Virus record (IMG/VR): IMGVR_UViG_3300045988_044263
DNA: 17,643 bases
Source: a virus
Reading direction: 5' to 3' (one strand)
This document shows positions 5,221-12,242 of this stretch, one piece after another; position 1 is the first letter of the stretch, and the number at the start of each line of letters is the position of its first letter. The position numbers were made by a program, and so were the translations under genes. The notes beneath the pieces were generated by a model that made no database searches, was not told where the DNA came from, and saw only the letters and a program-made list of their open reading frames with translations.

Positions 5221-6951
5221 ATGTCGACCGCCCCCGTGGTGACGCCAAAGCAGCAGCTTCGACCGCTCACCGAATTTAATAACGCTCAAATTCTCAATAT
5301 GATTCGCAATGAGGCATCTCCTGAATATCAGAGGCGTATGCCAAGTGCGACTCAGATGAACATGGACCGCCAAATGGCTACGCTCATGTCCAGTACCCAG
5401 CTTAAGAACGAGTTCTACTCGGCTCTGGTGAACCGTATCGGCGGAACCTACGTGAACACGTGGCGTTGGAACAACCCGTTAAGCGTGTTCCAGCGCGCAT
5501 CTCAGGCATATGGCGACACGTGGCAGGAAATCGCCGTAGGTATGCCGCTCGCACAGGTGTACGACCCGGATGCGGAATATTTGGGCGCGGATAATTTCCG
5601 CAAGTGGAAAATCGACGTGGACTCGCTGTATCATCGTCTGGATTTCACCCACTTCTATCCGGCGACCACGGAAGACAAGACGCTCCAGCGTGCCTTCACC
5701 TCCGAAACCGGCCTAGCTTCTCTCACTTCTCAGATTCTCACCTCCTGTTATAATGCGGCCGAGGTTGACTTGTTTGAGGCCATGTGCCACCAGTTCGTGG
5801 AATACGCAAAGCTGGGCGGCTATTGGCGCGTCCATATGGCCAACGATTTGAACAACATGGGCAGTTCGGAAACCGACGCCCGTAACATGTTGAGGCAGAT
5901 TCGCGCGTGGGCTGACACGCTGAAGTTCGTATCCACCCGGTACAATGCGCGTCACATGCCGACGTTTGCCCGCCCCGACGAACTCGTACTGTTCTGTTCG
6001 CCCGAAGTCAAGTCCGCACTCGATGTGCAGGGTCTGGCAACGGTATTCCAGCGGACCGACGCAGAGCCGACCATTGACCGAATCATTGTCATCCCGCAGG
6101 ACCGTTTCGGCATGAATGGCGTACAAGCCATCCTCACGACCGATAAGTTCCTGATCGACATCCCGGTCATTAGCGAGATGACCCAGCAGACCAATCCGGT
6201 CAACATCAATTCAGTCAACCATTATCTACATGTTCAGCACATTATTTCGGTGTCCGGTTTCGCCCCGGCCGTGATGTTCTGGACGGGCGCGGGTTCCACC
6301 GCCAAAGTGGTGGAACCTACCGGCACGGCGGCCAAAACGCCGGACTTCCAGCTCAAACTCACCATGTACGGCGGTGGCACATCCACCCCGTCGGATGTGG
6401 CGCGTGGCGGCGCGGTACAGGTCGTTGCTGATACGACCATCGCCAATGACAGCGCGGCCACGTTCCGTTCGAACGCTGTCGAGTATCATATTGGCGACAC
6501 CGCCAAGCCGAAGAGCGATTACACGTACATTTCGCCTACCGGCGTGCTGGTGGTCGGCCTCGATGAACCGAACACCACCATCCCGATTACGGCCACCGCC
6601 CTGTACACGAACCCGGCAACACCGGAAGTGCCGGGCGCCGTGTCCGCAGCTCTGAACGTGCCGGTGGTCGGTGACGGTGTCATCGGATTCAACCCGTCGA
6701 TTATCGCATCCATTGACGTGACCGTCCCCACAGTGACCGTGGGGCGTACGGCACAGGCGACCGCTACGGCGACCATGATTGACGGCCGAACCGCCGACGT
6801 GACCGCGCAAGCCGCTTGGACATCCTCCTCCCCGGCCAACGCCACCGTATCCGAGTCGGGTGTTGTGGGGGGCGTCAAGGAGGGCTCGTCTGTCGTCACC
6901 GCCACACTGTTCGGCGTATCCGGCGAGAAGAGCGTGCCCGTGACCACGTGA
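5221..6951 (+). CDS. Major capsid protein with a C-terminal Big_2 (bacterial Ig-like) domain, 576 aa
   Basis: A strong SD (AGGAGG) precedes the start. Size and position (after the scaffold gene, before the tail knob and portal) match phi29 gp8. The last ~73 aa fit the Big_2 pattern: TVTVGRTAQATATATMIDGRTADVTAQAAWTSSSPANATVSESGVVGGVKEGSSVVTATLFG... Confidence 0.8.
   Translation: MSTAPVVTPKQQLRPLTEFNNAQILNMIRNEASPEYQRRMPSATQMNMDRQMATLMSSTQLKNEFYSALVNRIGGTYVNTWRWNNPLSVFQRASQAYGDTWQEIAVGMPLAQVYDPDAEYLGADNFRKWKIDVDSLYHRLDFTHFYPATTEDKTLQRAFTSETGLASLTSQILTSCYNAAEVDLFEAMCHQFVEYAKLGGYWRVHMANDLNNMGSSETDARNMLRQIRAWADTLKFVSTRYNARHMPTFARPDELVLFCSPEVKSALDVQGLATVFQRTDAEPTIDRIIVIPQDRFGMNGVQAILTTDKFLIDIPVISEMTQQTNPVNINSVNHYLHVQHIISVSGFAPAVMFWTGAGSTAKVVEPTGTAAKTPDFQLKLTMYGGGTSTPSDVARGGAVQVVADTTIANDSAATFRSNAVEYHIGDTAKPKSDYTYISPTGVLVVGLDEPNTTIPITATALYTNPATPEVPGAVSAALNVPVVGDGVIGFNPSIIASIDVTVPTVTVGRTAQATATATMIDGRTADVTAQAAWTSSSPANATVSESGVVGGVKEGSSVVTATLFGVSGEKSVPVTT
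5746..5754 (+). promoter_or_regulatory. TGTTATAAT (TGNTATAAT match) internal to the capsid gene
   Basis: Exact pattern match. Its location does not suggest an obvious role. Confidence 0.15.
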
Positions 6952-6957
6952 TATAAT
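6949..6957 (+). promoter_or_regulatory. Extended -10 consensus TGATATAAT overlapping the capsid stop codon
   Basis: Exact TGNTATAAT match. GATATAAT recurs at 7194-7201. Confidence 0.3.
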
Positions 6958-6985
6958 GAGAGGGTAGCCGGTTGGCTACCTTCTC
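6958..6985 (+). other. Stem-loop immediately after the capsid gene (12-bp stem, GGTT loop)
   Basis: GAGAGGGTAGCC / GGTT / GGCTACCTTCTC, with one G.U pair. No U-tract follows. Confidence 0.6.
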
Positions 6986-7007
6986 TCACGGCGAGATGCA
7001 ATACAAG

Positions 7008-7043
7008 GCCCGGAGCGCAAGCCACGTGAGCACTCCGGGCTTT
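7008..7043 (+). terminator. Terminator-like hairpin
   Basis: GCCCGGAG (7008-7015) pairs with CTCCGGGC (7033-7040) across a 17-nt loop. It is followed by TTTGTC. Confidence 0.4.
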
Positions 7044-7060
7044 GTCATACCGGAGGTTGG

Positions 7061-7188
7061 ATGATGATTGATGACGCGAACCCTTGGTGGACAATACCGG
7101 CCTAGTCGCTGGAGTGGCCGCCGGTTCCGCCAAGCTGACGGCCGCGCTGTTCGGTGTCGGCTGTCAGGGCACTGTGACAGTCGCCTAA
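7061..7188 (+). pseudogene. Decayed partial duplicate of the capsid Big_2 C-terminus
   Basis: - Frame of 7075-7188 reads REPLVDNTGLVAGVAAGSAKLTAALFGVGCQGTVTVA*. It aligns without gaps to the capsid C-terminus ...ATVSESGVVGGVKEGSSVVTATLFGVSGEKSVPVTT*.
- ATGATTGATGAC (7064-7075) matches the capsid ATGATTGACGGC (6775-6786).
- Between these blocks there is a frame change and a deletion of about 17 codons.
- Stops lie just upstream (7027, 7069, 7072). Confidence 0.7.
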
Positions 7189-7203
7189 TCTGCGATATAA
7201 TAA

Positions 7204-7233
7204 AAGGGAGTGTTTCACGTGAAACACTCCCTT
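7204..7233. terminator. 30-nt perfect palindrome (contains copy 3 of GTTTCACGTGAAAC at 7212-7225); terminator-like
   Basis: AAGGGAGTGTTTCAC|GTGAAACACTCCCTT has perfect 15-nt arms and is followed by CTTTAT. It lies between the Big_2 relic and the tail-knob start. TATAAT at 7196-7201 lies just upstream. Confidence 0.6.
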
Positions 7234-7251
7234 CTTTATGAAAGGGATAGT

Positions 7252-9501
7252 ATGCTGAGAGATATCAACCCTAACGTCGAGGCGACGTTTAACTGGGCTC
7301 AATGGACGCCTAACACGTCGTTGAAACTCTGTAACGTGCCATGGGATAGCAGTTATCGTGATCTGGCCCGGTTCGAATCACCGCAGAAACAACAGGAATG
7401 GTTCGACCGACGGCCCGGCGTTGACAGGGTGCATGGAGTCATGCACATGTTCGGCCAACCCGTGCGCGTCGAACTGCCATTTAACGAGGCGTCCAACTAC
7501 AACTATGTCGTGGTGTATAACGATTACCCCGACTTGGAGGCGCCACGGTATTGGTATTATTTCATCAACCACGTGGATTACATCAATGCGTACACTACTC
7601 AGCTCACTGTACAGTTGGACGTTTGGCAGTCGTTCCAGCATGTACTTAGGTTTGGTTCATGCTATGTGGTGCGAGGCCATATCGGCATTGCCAACGAAAA
7701 CCAGATGACCGATTATGGTCGCAGTTACCTCGCCCTACCCGAAGGGCTGGATACCGGTAGTGAAATGGTGACGGTAAACCAGCAGTACAAGTCTCTCATC
7801 AGCATGGATGGGAAAAATCTGAATTACGGCGTAATAGTCGTGAGCACGGTAGATCTGTCAGCGAACGCGGGCAGTCTGGAAAAACCGTCTCTCACTACTG
7901 CGGGCGGTTCTCTGTTTGAGAACATGGCCAACGGTGCTGAAATACTGTACTTTAAGGACATCCAGTCTATCCAAGTGTTTATGGGAGTGGGCTCTACTTT
8001 TTCGTGGATAACACAGGGTATTGTAAACATGTACATGATACCCCCTTTAGATAATGACTTTCTTAAGCAATCCGGCTATGTCGTGGATAAGCTGTTTGGG
8101 AAAACACTCCCTTCGGAATTAAATAATCGCATCTACCGTTTCCCCCAGTCGGCCACAAATGCGCCCAGCAGATATGAAGACGTTATTACCATTAATGATT
8201 TTCGTGATAATTTTAATATCCCTGAACGTTATAAAAACCTTAAAAAACTCAAATGCTACCCCTATTCTACCGTTGAATGCACTTGCTTGAATGGCACTAA
8301 CATCACCTATAAGCCCGAAAATATCCAAAGCGATAATCTGGTTATTAGAGAGGTGCATAATTACGCGCCCAATGGCGCGCGCTTGAACTTTTACCCGGTT
8401 GGGTACAATAAGGCGGGTGCGAGCGAGATTGCTCCTCTTGGTGAAAACAATGGGTTGCCCATTGATAGCGGGGAAATGTTGGACGCCGCGTTTGGCATCA
8501 GCAATTTCCCTCAATTTGTGATAGTCAACAATGGCTCCCAGTTGGCAATGGCAAACAGTGCCTACACTCGTTCCTACAGTCAACAGTCCGCTGACTGGGC
8601 GTACCAAAAAGCGCAGATGGGCATCAGCCAGTCTCTTGCGGCTACGGCCATGCAAAACCAGTACAATACCCAAGCCAACAAACTCGCTATCGGCAACCGC
8701 AACGCCAATAACGCGATACAGGCAACCTCGCTTAACACCAGTCTGGACAACACGACGTATATCAACAATCAGCGAGCTGACCTCGCACAGCTGAATAACG
8801 TGGTTAACGGCGTGATCGGAGTGGCGGGCAACGCCGCTTCGGGCAATGTCGGGGGCGCGGTGTCGGCATTGGGCGGTACTGTCATGAATGGTGTCAACAC
8901 TGAAGCGAACCGCAGTATCAACAATACCGCCGCCCAACTTTCCACGGCGAACTCGCTGAGTACCAACGCGGCCACAACAAGTCAGGCCAACACATACGGC
9001 TCTCAGACTACAGCGCTTTCAAACCAGTTGGCCCAGAATATGGCGGATATGAACGCGGATTACGCGCAACGTTCCGCGTTCGGAGACTATCAAAACACCA
9101 TTGCGGGTATCAATGCACAGGTACAGCAGATGCAATTAACACCCCCGACCACATCCGGCGCTATCGGCGGAGACGGTTTTAACCTCGCGAACGGTATTGT
9201 CGGGGTGTTGGTTCGATTTAAGACGTGCGCACCCTCGGCTCTGCGGAGCGTCGGAGAGTATATGTTGCGTTACGGGTATTTTATCCAGCGTTTCATCACG
9301 CCGCCGCAATCGCTGGAATGTATGACAAAATTCACCTACTGGCAAATGCAGGAGTGTTACGTGCGAGGTGATTTGCCCGAGCAGTATCGGCAGACCATTA
9401 AAGGCGTGTTCGAGTCTGGGGCTACTGTATGGACCAACCCGGATGATATCGGCGTGACCGATTGGGCAGATAACGACCCATTGCCGGGCATCTCATTCTA
9501 G
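7252..9501 (+). CDS. Tail knob / distal tail tube protein (phi29 gp9-like), 749 aa
   Basis: The N-terminal region matches the remembered gp9 pattern: SLKLCNVPWDSSYRDLARFESPQKQQEWFD...VRVELPF...NYNYVVVYNDY...RYWYYFINHVDYINAYTTQLTVQLDVWQS, versus phi29 [30 protein letters not shown]...VSVSLPI...KWFYAFVTELEFKN...EIDVLQTW. ATG 7252 follows AAAGGGA. The ORF-track GTG 7210 lies inside the palindrome. Confidence 0.8.
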   Translation: MLRDINPNVEATFNWAQWTPNTSLKLCNVPWDSSYRDLARFESPQKQQEWFDRRPGVDRVHGVMHMFGQPVRVELPFNEASNYNYVVVYNDYPDLEAPRYWYYFINHVDYINAYTTQLTVQLDVWQSFQHVLRFGSCYVVRGHIGIANENQMTDYGRSYLALPEGLDTGSEMVTVNQQYKSLISMDGKNLNYGVIVVSTVDLSANAGSLEKPSLTTAGGSLFENMANGAEILYFKDIQSIQVFMGVGSTFSWITQGIVNMYMIPPLDNDFLKQSGYVVDKLFGKTLPSELNNRIYRFPQSATNAPSRYEDVITINDFRDNFNIPERYKNLKKLKCYPYSTVECTCLNGTNITYKPENIQSDNLVIREVHNYAPNGARLNFYPVGYNKAGASEIAPLGENNGLPIDSGEMLDAAFGISNFPQFVIVNNGSQLAMANSAYTRSYSQQSADWAYQKAQMGISQSLAATAMQNQYNTQANKLAIGNRNANNAIQATSLNTSLDNTTYINNQRADLAQLNNVVNGVIGVAGNAASGNVGGAVSALGGTVMNGVNTEANRSINNTAAQLSTANSLSTNAATTSQANTYGSQTTALSNQLAQNMADMNADYAQRSAFGDYQNTIAGINAQVQQMQLTPPTTSGAIGGDGFNLANGIVGVLVRFKTCAPSALRSVGEYMLRYGYFIQRFITPPQSLECMTKFTYWQMQECYVRGDLPEQYRQTIKGVFESGATVWTNPDDIGVTDWADNDPLPGISF

Positions 9502-9510
9502 TGCTATACT
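9502..9510 (+). promoter_or_regulatory. Extended -10-like TGCTATACT, 6 nt upstream of the portal ATG (possible leaderless start)
   Basis: A TGn + TATACT motif ends at 9510 and the ATG is at 9517. The only SD-like element (AGAGG, 9511-9515) is 1 nt from the ATG, which is too close to be functional. Confidence 0.3.
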
Positions 9511-9516
9511 AGAGGC

Positions 9517-10473
9517 ATGTCTAGGTCGAGGAAAAATCAGAATCGTAGGGGCGGCGCGTTACATCCGCGTGGCAATTACGCCAAGGCACGCGCCGCCAGC
9601 CTTGACGCAATGTACTACCATCTGCTGACTGAACTGGCATTGAACCGGTTCAGCTGGCGGGGACTGCCGCCAACCGTAGATGAACGATGGTTGGAAATGT
9701 GTCTCTGCGAATACGGGTGCGCGCTCTTCTTCGAAGACAAACGCATAGGTCGGTTCCTCGTCACGCAAGCCGGTTATCAAGGCCGATTGAACGTGTATAA
9801 CAATCCGACGTGCTTTGAGCCGGTGGGAGTCAACTACCATTACAAGCAACTCAAGGCGGGCCGAGAGTGCATCCCTATTTGGGACAATCGTATGCGCATG
9901 AGTTTCAAAGATATCTTATGGCAGTATGCGAGACGCCTCGCCGACATTGACAAGGCATATGACGTGAACTTGGAGAGCCTGAAACTGCCGACCATCATCA
10001 CCGCCGACCCGCGCACCAAGCTCACCGTACAGAACATGTTACAACAGCGGCAGGATGGGCAGGATTATATCATCGGCTACGACTCACTCGACCCCGGTAG
10101 CATGTTCCAACCGTGGCCCAACACCACCCCCTATCTGCTGGACAAGTTCGTCCAACAGAAAACGCAGGTGACTAATGAGGTGTTGGGATATCTCGGCATT
10201 CAATCGTCCGGGACGGAAAAAAAAGAGCGGCTCATTTCCGACGAAGTGGCGCAAGCCAATGAAAAGGTGGACGTGTTCCGCCTGAGTTTTCTCAAGGCCC
10301 GGCAGACGGCGGCGACGGAAATTAACCGGTTGTGGCCGCAATTGAACGTGTGGGTGGAGTATGCGGACGCGCAAAGCTCCGGCGTACCCAACGCGCTGGA
10401 TTCGAGCGCCAGCGGTACGACGGATATTGATATGCCCGCCTCGTATGACGCGGGTGTCGGAGGTGTATTGTAA
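9517..10473 (+). CDS. Portal / upper collar connector protein (phi29 gp10-like), 318 aa
   Basis: - Basic N-terminus: MSRSRKNQNRRG, versus phi29 MARKRSNTYRS.
- FSWRGLPPTVDERWLEMCLCEYGCALFFED, versus phi29 [30 protein letters not shown].
- GIQSSGTEKKERLISDEV, versus phi29 GIKNANLEKKERMVTDEV. Confidence 0.92.
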   Translation: MSRSRKNQNRRGGALHPRGNYAKARAASLDAMYYHLLTELALNRFSWRGLPPTVDERWLEMCLCEYGCALFFEDKRIGRFLVTQAGYQGRLNVYNNPTCFEPVGVNYHYKQLKAGRECIPIWDNRMRMSFKDILWQYARRLADIDKAYDVNLESLKLPTIITADPRTKLTVQNMLQQRQDGQDYIIGYDSLDPGSMFQPWPNTTPYLLDKFVQQKTQVTNEVLGYLGIQSSGTEKKERLISDEVAQANEKVDVFRLSFLKARQTAATEINRLWPQLNVWVEYADAQSSGVPNALDSSASGTTDIDMPASYDAGVGGVL

Positions 10474-10475
10474 TA

Positions 10476-10706
10476 ATGACTCGTGACGTGATGGTAGGAC
10501 TTGTATACGAAATGTATGAAGTCGCCAATAAGATCAGTAGGGCTGAAAAGGCCCCGGATGAACATGCAAACGGGAGCTTGCCCATGTCCGGCCATGCTGC
10601 GGAGCTGCTGGAAAAACAAGTTGTTGCAATGAAAACATATCATGATATCGTTGCCGCACGTATTAGCCACCAAACGAGGGGGGCCACGTATGGTACAGAG
10701 TTTTAG
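10476..10706 (+). CDS. Small structural-module protein, unknown function (76 aa)
   Basis: GGAGGTG (10459-10465) lies upstream. The gene sits between portal and lower collar and overlaps the lower-collar start. It is predicted to be helical. Confidence 0.55.
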   Translation: MTRDVMVGLVYEMYEVANKISRAEKAPDEHANGSLPMSGHAAELLEKQVVAMKTYHDIVAARISHQTRGATYGTEF

Positions 10707-11484
10707 TGCCTATGGGATGTCGACGCCGGGGGAGTATACCGAAACCCTCGGTAATCTTATTTCACTCGGATATGATACTGATGATAAGCTGCATCTTAGC
10801 GCCGACTATTACGCGATTTACAGCGAATCTCACCGCGCGGAGTTGAATGAAAAAATCGTCCGCCATTACGCGCTTAGGGAGATTGGTCAGGAAACCGCCC
10901 AGCAGTTCATTTTTTACTTGGGGATGACGATGGCGGAAATCATGCCATATTTTAATGAGCGCTACAGGACGCTGGCGTTGAAATATGATCCATTGAACAC
11001 GATGGAAATGGTCAGTGAAAGCCTGTCCAATACTGTAGCCCAGTCCAGTGGCAAAACCAGCGCCTCTCAGGATAGTGCAACCCGAAGCTCCTCGGACGGC
11101 ACCAGTTCAAGTAACACCAAGTCCCAGTCTTACGACTCGGAAGTGCCCGCAACCGGCGTGCAAGGTGATTTTGCCCGATACGCGACTCATGCCAATCAGG
11201 CGCAAGCGGATACGGACGGCAGTAGCCATAGCACGCAAGACACCTCTTCTCAGTCCCATAGCACATCCAGCACGGAATGGCAGCACGACGCTACAGATGG
11301 GAGCACCAAATCCCACACGTCGGGCCGCTCCCAGTCCGCCATGAGCCTGATACAGGAGTACCGACAGGCGATTATCAATGTGGATATGGAAATTGTGCGG
11401 AGCCTCGAACCGTGTTTCATGCAGGTGTGGGGCTCGTATGATACTATTTTCAGTAACTGCCATAACTATGGAGAATGGGAGTAA
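10690..11484 (+). CDS. Lower collar protein (phi29 gp11-like), 264 aa
   Basis: The gene follows the portal, as in phi29. The N-terminal third (IVRHYALREIGQETAQQFIFYLGMTMAEIMPYFNERYRTL) resembles remembered lower-collar sequences of small Gram-positive podophages. ATG 10690 follows GAGGGGGG; the ORF track starts at 10642. Confidence 0.7.
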   Translation: MVQSFSAYGMSTPGEYTETLGNLISLGYDTDDKLHLSADYYAIYSESHRAELNEKIVRHYALREIGQETAQQFIFYLGMTMAEIMPYFNERYRTLALKYDPLNTMEMVSESLSNTVAQSSGKTSASQDSATRSSSDGTSSSNTKSQSYDSEVPATGVQGDFARYATHANQAQADTDGSSHSTQDTSSQSHSTSSTEWQHDATDGSTKSHTSGRSQSAMSLIQEYRQAIINVDMEIVRSLEPCFMQVWGSYDTIFSNCHNYGEWE

Positions 11485-11486
11485 TC

Positions 11487-12125
11487 ATGTCCGTCAACGC
11501 CCTTATGCCACGCGCCTATCCACCGGCGCGTATTCCCACGTCGGTTCCTTTCACCTATCGGGACGGGTTGACCACACTCCAATTGATTGAGTGCATCCGA
11601 TGCAATCTGGATGGCTTGCAGTCCGACTTCAACTCACTCGTCGAGCAGGTGAACCAGTCGATTACGGACAATAACGCCGCCGTCCAGCAAATTGCCGATA
11701 ACCTCGTTAAGCAAATGGCCATCCTGCGTGAGGAACTCATACGGCTTATCGAGCAATCGCAGTCCACCGGTCTGGCGTGGTCTCCAGTATACGGCAGACA
11801 AGACGCTCTGCAAACGGTGCTTGACGGCATGTATGACAATACGCGCAATCACGCCCTATTCTGGAGTGATTACGACGGCATGGGGCTACAGGCATTCACA
11901 TATGACGCGCTGGGGTTGACGGCCCGCGATTATGATTTACGAGCCACCGCCGTGGATAATTGCGTTCCCGGCGATTTTCCGGGACGTTCGCAATTCCCCT
12001 ACGGTAAGAACATCCCCGAGGGAGACCCCGCTGATGTTTACCTTACCCAAGACAGAGCGGACGCCAAGTATGTCCGGCGCAACCCGACGGCAGCCAATTT
12101 CGATGCCACGGGGGAGCGGGCATGA
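11487..12125 (+). CDS. Tail appendage-associated protein, function uncertain (212 aa)
   Basis: ATG 11487 follows GGAGAATGGGAG. A coiled-coil-like segment is present (LVEQVNQSITDNNAAVQQIADNLVKQMAILREELIRLIEQS). The gene lies between the lower collar and fibre genes. Confidence 0.5.
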   Translation: MSVNALMPRAYPPARIPTSVPFTYRDGLTTLQLIECIRCNLDGLQSDFNSLVEQVNQSITDNNAAVQQIADNLVKQMAILREELIRLIEQSQSTGLAWSPVYGRQDALQTVLDGMYDNTRNHALFWSDYDGMGLQAFTYDALGLTARDYDLRATAVDNCVPGDFPGRSQFPYGKNIPEGDPADVYLTQDRADAKYVRRNPTAANFDATGERA

Positions 12126-12214
12126 CTGCCGGCACGCCGGCTGCCGGAGAATGGAGGGGGTGGAAATTTATTGTAACGCTCCGGCGATAACAACAACACC
12201 ATTCGAATCACCCG

Positions 12215-12220
12215 GTAGAA
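12215..12220 (+). promoter_or_regulatory. -10-like TAGAAT upstream of the fibre gene
   Basis: The hexamer lies 22 nt before ATG 12243, with the strong SD AAGGAGG between them. No TGn or -35 is present. Confidence 0.2.
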
Positions 12221-12242
12221 TCATTGTCAAGGAGGTATCATA

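Noticed and set aside
6519-7133. 204-aa minus-strand ORF spanning the capsid 3' end and the downstream gap. Other long antisense ORFs were also seen: 6226..6810, 8119..8937, 5713..6126 and 10200..10673.
   Set aside because: They are antisense to strongly supported genes in GC-rich sequence. Their composition is Arg/Gly/Ala/Pro/His-rich and they have no SD. This is the typical shadow-ORF pattern.
6949-7188. Possibility that the capsid protein is extended into the downstream Big_2-like segment by stop-codon readthrough, frameshifting or ribosome hopping. Both ACG-TGA stops at 6946-6951 and 7024-7029 share the sequence CCACGTGA.
   Set aside because: Reaching 7075-7188 would require passing four in-frame stops (6949, 7027, 7069, 7072). 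The intervening sequence translates to nothing domain-like. The relic itself needs an extra frame change and has an internal deletion. A decaying duplication explains the data more simply. Mass spectrometry or ribosome profiling would be needed to revive the idea.
6775-7188. Diversity-generating retroelement (TR/VR pair) as the explanation for the two Big_2 3' copies
   Set aside because: No reverse transcriptase gene exists in the genome. The differences between the copies are not confined to adenine positions, and one copy is truncated and frameshifted.
3515-7574. General abundance of CACGTG hexamers (about 3515, 3576, 4069, 4081, 5457, 5518, 6945, 7023, 7569), considered as a restriction-site or methylation signal
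   Set aside because: I cannot judge enrichment without a composition-aware count. Many copies arise from common codon pairs (xCA CGT Gxx, xAC GTG). Only the three 14-nt copies are clearly beyond chance, and they are reported separately.
10217-10224. A8 run inside the portal gene, considered as a programmed slippery site
   Set aside because: It encodes the conserved EKKER motif (GAA AAA AAA GAG). No alternative-frame ORF of meaningful length follows.
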